Virus record (IMG/VR): IMGVR_UViG_3300047439_000002
Span: 1 to 56,129 of that record
Direction: 5' to 3' (one strand)
Origin: a virus
Lineage: Duplodnaviria > Caudoviricetes
DNA length: 56,129 nt
A program made the translations under genes and the position numbers. This document shows, one piece after another, positions 34,721 through 42,883 of this stretch. The notes beneath the pieces were generated by a model, which was not told where the DNA came from, searched no databases, and worked only from the letters and a program-made list of their open reading frames with translations. Position 1 is the first letter of the stretch; each line of letters begins with the position of its first letter.

Positions 34721-35389
34721 TCACTTCGCCGCAGTGGCGGTCTTCCGACGAGCGGTAGCCGGGGTGGCCTTGGCGGGAGCGGTCGACTTCGCGGCAGCCG
34801 GACGGCGACGAGTCGGCTTGGGAGCCTCCTCGACGTCCTCGTCATCCTCGTCGTCCTCCATCTCCTCGGCCTCGGCAGCCGCCGCCTTCGCAGCCGCAGC
34901 CGCCGCCTTCTTCGCAGCCGCCTGGTCCTTCACGGCTTGCAGCCCGGCCTGCTTGAGCTCCTTCGCCGCGCCGCTCTTGACCATCTCGACGACGAGCTTG
35001 ACCGTGGTGTCCTGCGGACCGGTGAACTGGTACCGCTCCCGGGTCTCGCCCACCTCACGGTCGAGCTTGCCGTCCTTGGCGAGCTTGCGGAGCAGCATCC
35101 GGATGGCCCGAGCGTCGTAGGTGTCGCCGGTCACCTCGGTCACGTGAGCCGCGAGCCACGGGCTGCCGAACTCGATAGCCGGAGCACGCTTGGCCTTCGG
35201 GCTCTCCTCGCCGTCGGCCTTCGGAGCCGCCGCCTTGCGAGCCTTGGTCTTCGGGGCGGGAGCCTCGGGCTCCTCCTCGAGCTCTTCCAGGTCGTCGTCC
35301 TCGACGTCCTCGAACTCGTCCTCGTCGTCCTCCACGATCTCCGGCTCGACCGGCTTCGTGGCGGTACGTCCTCGCGGTGCAGGTGCCAT
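34721..35389 (-). CDS. Nucleoid-associated-like DNA-binding protein (HTH core, acidic and AK-rich tails)
   Basis: WLAAHV...DARAIRMLLR....GETRERYQF; GGAGG RBS. Confidence 0.8.
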   Translation of the reverse strand: MAPAPRGRTATKPVEPEIVEDDEDEFEDVEDDDLEELEEEPEAPAPKTKARKAAAPKADGEESPKAKRAPAIEFGSPWLAAHVTEVTGDTYDARAIRMLLRKLAKDGKLDREVGETRERYQFTGPQDTTVKLVVEMVKSGAAKELKQAGLQAVKDQAAAKKAAAAAAKAAAAEAEEMEDDEDDEDVEEAPKPTRRRPAAAKSTAPAKATPATARRKTATAAK

Positions 35390-35446
35390 GATCGATGTCC
35401 TCCCGGACGGTGGTGTTAGCGATGATCGCTGTTGGTGACAGCTCGA

Positions 35447-35475
35447 ACATTACGGCGCTTCCGGCTAGCCGTCAA
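35447..35475 (-). promoter_or_regulatory. Strong promoter; may also drive the ncRNA locus
   Basis: TTGACG-N17-TAATGT. Confidence 0.7.
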
Positions 35476-35569
35476 AGCACACCCCGCATTGCCCCGGAGC
35501 CGGGCGCACAATGGCTCGACCACCCACGGACACCCGACCGGGGTCCACAATGTCTTAGGAGCGAACTCA

Positions 35570-35929
35570 ATGGCCTTCATAGCCCTGGTACACATCCCGG
35601 ACCACACCGCCGAACACGTCATCGAGCGGATGGGAGTGGTCGAGCGGTTCAATGAGCTTCCCGAGGGTTCCCGGTGGGTGGGTCTCTACGAGTTCCCTGA
35701 TCGTGTCGAGCTTCGGAAGGGTTGCACCGGATGCACGGCCGGTCGGAAGACAACGGCGTGGACCCGTCACAAGAAGGGGCACATGATGTGCGCTAACTGC
35801 GGAGGGCGTAACCCGAACGTCCGTCGCTGGTTCGTCGGAGGACTGTTCGATTGGTTCGGGGCTAACCTCTACCCATTAGCTCCGGCTTTGTTCCGTTCTC
35901 CCGAAGGCTACGGCGATTCCCCGCGTTGA
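35570..35929 (+). CDS. Zn-ribbon hypothetical protein
   Basis: CTGC...CANC; AGGAG RBS. Confidence 0.72.
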   Translation: MAFIALVHIPDHTAEHVIERMGVVERFNELPEGSRWVGLYEFPDRVELRKGCTGCTAGRKTTAWTRHKKGHMMCANCGGRNPNVRRWFVGGLFDWFGANLYPLAPALFRSPEGYGDSPR

Positions 35930-35940
35930 ACAGCCTCCAT

Positions 35941-36090
35941 TAAAACCCAGCAACGGGGAACAAGCGTAGCTTGTTATACCCCATCCGCTGGGTTTAATTC
36001 CGGAGTTCCTAGTTCACCCTCAACAATGCCCCCGGATAACATAGCACTACCGGGGGCATTGCTGGGTTATTGCTGGGTTATTGCTGGGTT
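35941..36090. repeat. Two hairpins plus 3x ATTGCTGGGTT tandem repeat at a convergence point
   Basis: Hairpins at about 35941-35996 and 36024-36061; tandem at 36058-36090. Confidence 0.8.
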
Positions 36091-36095
36091 TGACG

Positions 36096-36488
36096 TTAGG
36101 CCAGTACGTTGTTGGTTCCCGGCCGCTCACCATCCGCCGGAACCGTGCGCCCGTTGATCACGGTGGTAATCGGCTGGGGAGTGAACGCCACACCAACGGC
36201 GGCGAGGAAGAGAACGATCATGTTGATGATCTCCGCCGTCGATACGCCACCGACGATGTAGGTGTAGAGAGCGCCCACTACGACGATCGCCGCAGCGACC
36301 CAGGTCTTCATCTTGGTGTACTGCGGCAGGTTGGCAGTCGCCCAGACGTTGAACGCCATGAGCGCGCCGAGGATCACCTGCACCCACTCCTGAGCCGTGA
36401 TGGAGTTATCCGCCGAGGCTTCCTGGATCACCGTGAGAACAGCCATCACGATAGTGCCGAGTACCGGCCACCAGACCTTCTTGGTCAT
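36096..36488 (-). CDS. Holin (4 TM helices)
   Basis: Internally duplicated IT..EW/I.. TM pairs; end of the lysis cassette. Confidence 0.78.
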   Translation of the reverse strand: MTKKVWWPVLGTIVMAVLTVIQEASADNSITAQEWVQVILGALMAFNVWATANLPQYTKMKTWVAAAIVVVGALYTYIVGGVSTAEIINMIVLFLAAVGVAFTPQPITTVINGRTVPADGERPGTNNVLA

Positions 36489-36814
36489 CAGTTACCCGCT
36501 TTCCTCGGTGGCTCGCACCGACTCAATGTGTAGAACTCCAAGTACGTTTCCTGTACCTTCTTACCCGTTGCCGTAGTGGGGGGCTCTTCACCGTATGCAT
36601 CGAGCAACGCAGTGAATAGATCACAGGTGCGTAGCCTTGCATCTTCTCTTACTGCCGCAGCAGCCGCGATAGCCTTCGCCTCGTCCCTAGCTCGGTTAGC
36701 ATCCGCTCGCTTAACGGCAGCGAATACTGACAGGAAGGGCGAGACCAGTACGCAGACCAGGCCAATCACTAGCCAATAGATCGGGACTGTGACCCCTCGG
36801 CGCGGTGTGGTCAA
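36488..36814 (-). CDS. Lysis-cassette membrane protein
   Basis: One TM helix, coiled coil, two Cys. Confidence 0.7.
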   Translation of the reverse strand: MTTPRRGVTVPIYWLVIGLVCVLVSPFLSVFAAVKRADANRARDEAKAIAAAAAVREDARLRTCDLFTALLDAYGEEPPTTATGKKVQETYLEFYTLSRCEPPRKAGN

Positions 36815-36842
36815 CCCCCCACCCCCTTAGCCACGGCGATTA

Positions 36843-37118
36843 CTACCGTTGCGACGCCGGAGATTCCACTGGCTGTGAGGACGACTGTTCGGTACCACTT
36901 CGGCGTCCTGAGATCGCGTCCACTAACGACGCTGCGCCGATTGCTGCGCCGGGCACCACTACGAGTGATCCGGCCAGAGCCAGCACTGATTCTCGGACTT
37001 CCGGGCGCTGCACTTCGAAGAAAATCAGAGCCCACCCGCCCAGGAAAGACAGCACGTCCCGCACCAGCGTCCAAGTACCAGGGAGTCGAGGTTGCGGTGG
37101 TGTTGCTCGTTCGCTCAC
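36843..37118 (-). CDS. Lysis-cassette two-TM protein
   Basis: RDVLSFLGGWALI...LALAGSLVVVPG. Confidence 0.7.
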   Translation of the reverse strand: MSERATPPQPRLPGTWTLVRDVLSFLGGWALIFFEVQRPEVRESVLALAGSLVVVPGAAIGAASLVDAISGRRSGTEQSSSQPVESPASQR

Positions 37119-37167
37119 TCATGTTCCGCCATATCCGGTAATCTGGGGCCTCAGACCCGAGCTTGGC

Positions 37168-38049
37168 TTATCTCCGCGTGGTTCCGGTGTCCGTGGCTTC
37201 CAGCGTACCGCTGGTCACGTTCAGAGTGCCGGTGAAGACACCATCCTTCCCGTCTGCGCCGTCCTTACCCGGCGCTCCATCCTTGCCTGGCGCTCCGTCC
37301 TTGCCGTTGGTCCCGTTGGTACCATTCTTACCCGCCGGGCCAGGCTTCCCGAACTTCACGCCGAGTTCCTTGGTCATGGTCGCGCCAGACCAGCCCGTGA
37401 TGAAGTTCGCGTGGTTCTGACCGTGGTCATCACGCCACTTGTCGTAGGCCTTCTGCGTACCGTCGCCGTAGTCGCCGTCAGCGTCACAGGCGTAGCCCAG
37501 CCAGGTCAGGATGTTCTGCCAGTACTTGACGTGCTCGCCGCTCTCGCCCTTTGCGGGCAGGAATGCGCCCATGTCTCCCCACTTCTCGGCGATCCCCCAG
37601 GGACGCCTGTCATTCTCGAGCTTGCCGGTGTCTGCCTTCGCACCGAAGTGCGCGTGCTGGTCGTGCGGGTTGGAGCCGGTGTAGTCCTTCCACACCCACC
37701 CACTGGACGCGTAAGCGCATCGCCGGTTGTAGATAACCTCAACCAGCCGGTTCTCTACTCCGGACTTGCACCGATCCACGATGAACTTGGTGAAGGCGTC
37801 CATAGAGCCGCCATTCTCCCAAGGTCCCGAGTCATCAACGTCGATTGCCCGGAGGTCTTGCTCGGAGTCCGAGTCAGACTGCGGTGTGGAGCTACCGGAC
37901 TTGTCATCCAGGTTGTGATTGGACGATCGGCTCTGGTGCGCCGCATCTCCAATCGAGCCGTCTGACGCAGTGTCACGACTGGGGCCGACCAGATCAAATT
38001 CCTCGGCCAGTTCCACCAGGCACGGCACAGTTGCAGAGTGCATCTCCAT
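37168..38049 (-). CDS. Endolysin: Zn peptidase, peptidoglycan-binding domain, collagen-like tail
   Basis: DGSIGDAAH..S.HN, AID, H..HAH; DGDYGDGT; (GXY)n. Confidence 0.85.
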   Translation of the reverse strand: MEMHSATVPCLVELAEEFDLVGPSRDTASDGSIGDAAHQSRSSNHNLDDKSGSSTPQSDSDSEQDLRAIDVDDSGPWENGGSMDAFTKFIVDRCKSGVENRLVEVIYNRRCAYASSGWVWKDYTGSNPHDQHAHFGAKADTGKLENDRRPWGIAEKWGDMGAFLPAKGESGEHVKYWQNILTWLGYACDADGDYGDGTQKAYDKWRDDHGQNHANFITGWSGATMTKELGVKFGKPGPAGKNGTNGTNGKDGAPGKDGAPGKDGADGKDGVFTGTLNVTSGTLEATDTGTTRR

Positions 38050-38170
38050 TCCCCCTCTCTTTGTTTCATCATCGCATGTACCCGGATCGAGATGGCTGCA
38101 AAGAGGGCCACCAGATGTCCATAGAGCGGACCACACCGCCCACCGGTACATCGGGTGACCCCCGAGTGGT

Positions 38171-38755
38171 TCAGAACATCCTGATGCACGTCACAGACGA
38201 TCCTTGTCGCAGACCGCCGGACGTTGCAGAGCTGACGTTTGGTGCCCAGTTGATAGCCATCGACCCGGGCACGGTGACCACGATCTGCTTGGTGAATTCT
38301 CGCCAGTTCATGTAGTTGCCGGAGGAGTTCAGGCCGTAGACCGAGTCAGCGTTGGTCTGCGCCGCGCTTCGCTTCATCGACACCGGGCCAGAAAGCGCGT
38401 CTCCGGTGTTCGTTGCTGACGGTCCCTCGATGAACCGGAGGGGGTTGTTCCAGGTGCCGGTGAATGCCCACTGCGTCTTGACAGCGATAGCACCAGCACC
38501 ACCCACGGCCGCGAGAAGCACCGAGATCTCCCAGGTGCCGATGCCCAGGGGAATGTCCTTCAGCTCGTTATCGAGCGCGAGGGTGGTGGTCGAGACGCGG
38601 GTCTCGTTGGCTGCCTTGATCTTCTCCTGCCGACCAGCCACCAGCGCCGCCACCCGGGCGTCTAGGTCATCGATAGCCGCCTTGACCGGATCTCCGTACT
38701 GCGACTTGCTGACCGGCTGCCCCGGTACAGGACTGATGATATTCGGATATGTCAT
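38171..38755 (-). CDS. Minor tail protein
   Basis: Short coiled coil, K.A.E...STT....D.EL, INWAPNVS; follows the tail hub gene. Confidence 0.75.
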   Translation of the reverse strand: MTYPNIISPVPGQPVSKSQYGDPVKAAIDDLDARVAALVAGRQEKIKAANETRVSTTTLALDNELKDIPLGIGTWEISVLLAAVGGAGAIAVKTQWAFTGTWNNPLRFIEGPSATNTGDALSGPVSMKRSAAQTNADSVYGLNSSGNYMNWREFTKQIVVTVPGSMAINWAPNVSSATSGGLRQGSSVTCIRMF

Positions 38756-38758
38756 TGC

Positions 38759-41700
38759 CTACTCTCCCCAAACTCCAACGTCCCAGCCAGTATCAGGATC
38801 ATCCCACAATGCAATCGGGCCCTGGGAAGTCATAGATAGCAATTGCGTGTACTGCGCATTGTCGCCGGTGTGGTCCACTGCCAGGATGCGCCAGGTACCT
38901 TCCGCTTGGGTTCCCTCGGCATCCATCAACTGGACCAACTGTCCTGGTCGCCTACGGGGATCGCCCATCACTACGACCTTGACCTCGGACCGAGGGCGGG
39001 CCAGAGAAGACACCAGAGCGCTTGCCCGAGCGGAGGCAGTGAATCGGTCCTGCACCCAGGGCATCTCGGTATCCATTGCACGCTCACGGCGCACCGAGAT
39101 AGATCCAGCATCGCGCTGGGTCACGTAGCCATCATTGATCTTGATCCCATATCCGAGGATACGAAGGTGTGGTAGTTGATCCACATTGTTAGCCAGGTAG
39201 ATGGTCCCTGATCCCGGTGTACCGGCCGAGTCAGTGAAGATGTTCTTGAACCTCACCGTAACCGTGGAGGCGGTGTAACTGACAATGCGAGCACTGATGC
39301 CCAGTCCGATGTAGGGGGGTCCCCAGCCGGTTCCTTCCGCATTGCTGTTAGGGGTCATGTAGTGGATGTTCGTGGGAATCGTAGCCGGGTTAGCCAACTC
39401 GCTTGCAAGGAGAGGGCGGATCACCAGGTTAGATCCCACAAGCGGCGGAGGGGTAGCCGCGCCATGAATCTCAGCTGCCTCAATGTCAAGCACAAAGGTC
39501 ATGTCGTACTCACCATGCACAAGTTTCACAGCCGAGCTAACGCTCAACACCGGTGCAGGGTTGATATCCACGTTAGTCTCAGGGAACTGGACCGTCACGA
39601 CGTTCCGCGACTTACTCGCATCAACAGCCACCGCGATTTCCGACGCATTCAACTCCGTGTCTGCGATGAAGGCCGGAGTCATCTGCGAGATCTCGCCGAA
39701 GTATCCCTGGGGCAAGAACTCGAAGTTGTCGTCCTCGTTCACTCGATACGCTGACGTAGTGGCCTGCGCCAGGCTTGCAATTACCTCCCACGACCGGACT
39801 GGGGCTGGCTCTGCAATGGCCTTCAACGGCTGATTGGTAGCGCGCATCAGGGCATTGGAGCCGTTGGGAATCGGGTAGTGACGCGTCCACCCATCCAGGT
39901 AGTGGGTAGCGAATCCCGACTCAATCTGGAAGTCGGCAATGGGCAGGTGAGACCGGCAGTAATTGGACACGAAGTCGCCGATGCTACGACCGACTGCATC
40001 AGTCTCGGGAACATCGAACGTGTAGTTAAAGCCGTTGGTAGCCCAGTACGTTGAGAAGCTGGTCATTCCGTCTCGGTTGACCCTTACCTCACCCGCACTG
40101 TAATCCCACGAGATGCCGTAGAAGTGCCAGTTACCGTCCGTCTCAAGCGGCGTGAGGAATGTGCTGAACGTGACCGATCCCGCTCCGCCATCATCACTAC
40201 CCATCTGCACCCAGAGATGCCGGGATGCCGACAACACCTTGACCATCACGTAGCCCAAGTATTTGCCCGTGGAGTCTTGCAGATACAGGTTGTAGCGGAA
40301 CAGGAAGTCATCCGCAGTGTCCAGGTAAGCCGGAGCACTGGCGGCCGGATCACCTCGGAGCCAGAACACCACACGCCCTTGCGAACAGGCCTGGCTGAAC
40401 TGGTCGTAGATCGGCACTTCTTCCGGGGTGCCCAGGAAGGGCAGGATCTCCGTCTGCGTGTACAGACTGTGAGCGTATAGCCTAACCTCATCTGTCTGGG
40501 TGGCAGTTTGCTGAGCGAACATCCCGGTAAGGAATGGCCCCTCCACCGTCGCGGGATCCTTGATCCCATAGAAAGACCCAACGGGAAGACTCGCGTTGAA
40601 TCCCACTACCGAGTTGTACCCCAGCAAAGGCGTTAGATGCGCGTGTACCGATCCGTACAGGGGTGCCCAGTATCGAGCGTAAGGGCTCGGCTGCGGACCG
40701 GCGAACTGTCCACCACGGGACATCAGCCAAGTGACCAGCCAGTCGACTGTGCACCCTTCCCGGTATCCGTGCACCACCGGAAGGACGAGTGAGCGATCCA
40801 TGTCGATCCGGGTCTTGCTGACCGCTGACATCTCAACGGCCTTACCAGCCAAGCCGATATCCTCCATCATTCCCTTGAAGATCCGAGTGCCGATGATCCC
40901 CGACTCCGTAAGCACGTTGATCTTGTGCTCAACAGCAGCCGTGTCTCGATCGAATCCATAGATGGGACTCAGCTTGTTGAAGGGAGAGAAGTACGAGTCC
41001 GGCGGCATATCCGGCAGGTCTCCGATGATGACCGGAATAACCTGCATGGTGGCAATGGTAGTAGCAAACCCGGTGTTCACGGCCTCGGTATACACCCCGG
41101 ACTGACGAAGCGGAGAGATGCCCATCATCATCCGGGGAGCCGTTCCAGCACCGCCCAACTCGGCAAGCTCGGTAACCCCCGTAGCGATAGCCCAGGACCC
41201 AGCAGCGGGCACAGTGGACCACACGCTGAGAAGGTATCCTCGTGACGGGAGTGTGGCCGGAGGAGCCGTGTGCAGGTTCAGGTTAGCCGACTCCGCAATG
41301 GCTGCCGGAGTACCGATGCGGAAGGGCACCCGCATGTTGTTCGCGGTCCTTGCGTACGCTGCCGCGCAGATCCACGTGTAGGACGTATTGACGAACTGGG
41401 GTTCCAGGTAGATAACCTCACCGGTACCGCCACCCGTCCAGTGCTTGCGGGTGTAGAGGTCCGTGCGGATACCGCCCGAGTCTACCGTGGTATTGACTAC
41501 CTCCCACAAGGGATCGTGCAGGAAAGGCTCCGGCGCACCCCAGGCGAATCCCGTCTCCCACGAGATGGCGAAGAAGAGCTGATCCCCGTCCTGCGCATCG
41601 GTAGGCATGGTGAAGGGAATCTGGATAGCGGAGACACCAGATCCACTCCGGACACTGGTCCTCCACCCTACCACGTCAGCGATCAGCGATTGCCGACCGA

Positions 41701-41941
41701 CCATACCTGCCTTCATCGCCCCAGACGCGTCGTTGCCGTTAGTCATGGTGACTGCGTCCGGCATCCCGTCATCCAGCGAGTGAGTAACCTCGTACTGGCC
41801 AGACATCTGCGGCGTAAGGACGTGGATTGGTAGCGGGTCAGTAGTGGTCAGGTTGGGCGGTAGTTCTTCCCAGATCGCAGTCAGATCCGGCTGATGGAAC
41901 ACCACCGAAGACGACTCAAGCGCATCATCCAAAGCGGTCAC
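38759..41941 (-). CDS. Large minor tail / tail-tip hub protein
   Basis: 1060 aa; LamG-like DGNWHF; GDPRRRPGQLV; WD..W C-terminus. Confidence 0.8.
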   Translation of the reverse strand: MTALDDALESSSVVFHQPDLTAIWEELPPNLTTTDPLPIHVLTPQMSGQYEVTHSLDDGMPDAVTMTNGNDASGAMKAGMVGRQSLIADVVGWRTSVRSGSGVSAIQIPFTMPTDAQDGDQLFFAISWETGFAWGAPEPFLHDPLWEVVNTTVDSGGIRTDLYTRKHWTGGGTGEVIYLEPQFVNTSYTWICAAAYARTANNMRVPFRIGTPAAIAESANLNLHTAPPATLPSRGYLLSVWSTVPAAGSWAIATGVTELAELGGAGTAPRMMMGISPLRQSGVYTEAVNTGFATTIATMQVIPVIIGDLPDMPPDSYFSPFNKLSPIYGFDRDTAAVEHKINVLTESGIIGTRIFKGMMEDIGLAGKAVEMSAVSKTRIDMDRSLVLPVVHGYREGCTVDWLVTWLMSRGGQFAGPQPSPYARYWAPLYGSVHAHLTPLLGYNSVVGFNASLPVGSFYGIKDPATVEGPFLTGMFAQQTATQTDEVRLYAHSLYTQTEILPFLGTPEEVPIYDQFSQACSQGRVVFWLRGDPAASAPAYLDTADDFLFRYNLYLQDSTGKYLGYVMVKVLSASRHLWVQMGSDDGGAGSVTFSTFLTPLETDGNWHFYGISWDYSAGEVRVNRDGMTSFSTYWATNGFNYTFDVPETDAVGRSIGDFVSNYCRSHLPIADFQIESGFATHYLDGWTRHYPIPNGSNALMRATNQPLKAIAEPAPVRSWEVIASLAQATTSAYRVNEDDNFEFLPQGYFGEISQMTPAFIADTELNASEIAVAVDASKSRNVVTVQFPETNVDINPAPVLSVSSAVKLVHGEYDMTFVLDIEAAEIHGAATPPPLVGSNLVIRPLLASELANPATIPTNIHYMTPNSNAEGTGWGPPYIGLGISARIVSYTASTVTVRFKNIFTDSAGTPGSGTIYLANNVDQLPHLRILGYGIKINDGYVTQRDAGSISVRRERAMDTEMPWVQDRFTASARASALVSSLARPRSEVKVVVMGDPRRRPGQLVQLMDAEGTQAEGTWRILAVDHTGDNAQYTQLLSMTSQGPIALWDDPDTGWDVGVWGE

Positions 41942-42879
41942 GGAGCCAACTCCCTAATCACCAGTTCAACCCCCTTACGGAACCTTCCCGCAAAGGGAGT
42001 GAAGTCAGTCAAGGACAGGATTTCAACAGGACGAAGGCCAGTGCCCGGTGCCCAGTCGTTAACCACTGTATCTTGTTCTAGGAGCGGCTCATCGATGTAG
42101 ATAGAACCACCCACCGTGATAGTCGATCCGGTGGCTACGAAGATCGGCTGGCAGTACACCGCTCCCGGGGGTGCCACACCAACGACGGAGTGCCGCACGT
42201 AACCGGCTGACATAACCACGTCTCCGCCGGAGATCTCGCTCACCAGAGTTCCGGTGGCATCGACCCAGGTCAGCTTGATAGCCATCGTGATCGAGCTATC
42301 AATGACGGAGTCCGGACGTGCCCAGGCCGACCACGCGTAGGACAGTCCGGGGACTACCGGGAATCCCCACCAGTTGCGGTAGGGATAGTCCATCTTCAAC
42401 ACCGGGAAAGCGTTAGCAGCAACGGGAAAGCGCCAGCGAAGGCTACGCCGCGCTCCGGTCCGGTGGATCAGCGATCCCAGCGTGGCGTTGCTGGTCAGCT
42501 CTCCCATGTCTGCCGCACCAGTGCTGGTCATCCACTGCCGGGCATCGTTGTAGACACCCGTCGCTGCCGCCTGGTTCTGCAAGAGCATGTTGCTCTGGGA
42601 AGGGTCGATGAATGCCCAGGGCCCAGTGCCCATCATCCCAGTCCAGAACTGCTCGAGCTTGGAATAGGTGACCTGGTGCAGCGCGGTCCAGTTGATGGTA
42701 TAGGGCCGAGATCCGCCCGTCAGCGACGACACCAGGTGGAACCCTGACCCGGTAGCGAAGTCGAATGTCGGACGCTCGTACGGCTTATCAATCTCACCCT
42801 TCGGCCAGGGAAGCCTGATCAGCCCTCCCGGCCTGCCGAAGTACACATCCGGGTTGTTCCTATCCAGCCGGTTAGCCAT
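41938..42879 (-). CDS. Distal tail protein with carbohydrate-binding insert
   Basis: Follows the TMP; PVVPGLSYAWSAW, VAPPGA motifs. Confidence 0.75.
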   Translation of the reverse strand: MANRLDRNNPDVYFGRPGGLIRLPWPKGEIDKPYERPTFDFATGSGFHLVSSLTGGSRPYTINWTALHQVTYSKLEQFWTGMMGTGPWAFIDPSQSNMLLQNQAAATGVYNDARQWMTSTGAADMGELTSNATLGSLIHRTGARRSLRWRFPVAANAFPVLKMDYPYRNWWGFPVVPGLSYAWSAWARPDSVIDSSITMAIKLTWVDATGTLVSEISGGDVVMSAGYVRHSVVGVAPPGAVYCQPIFVATGSTITVGGSIYIDEPLLEQDTVVNDWAPGTGLRPVEILSLTDFTPFAGRFRKGVELVIRELAP

Positions 42880-42883
42880 TGCC

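Noticed and set aside
36811-37122. Alternative 103-aa ATG ORF
   Set aside because: The overlapping frame 36843..37118 gives a coherent two-TM protein that fits the lysis cassette.
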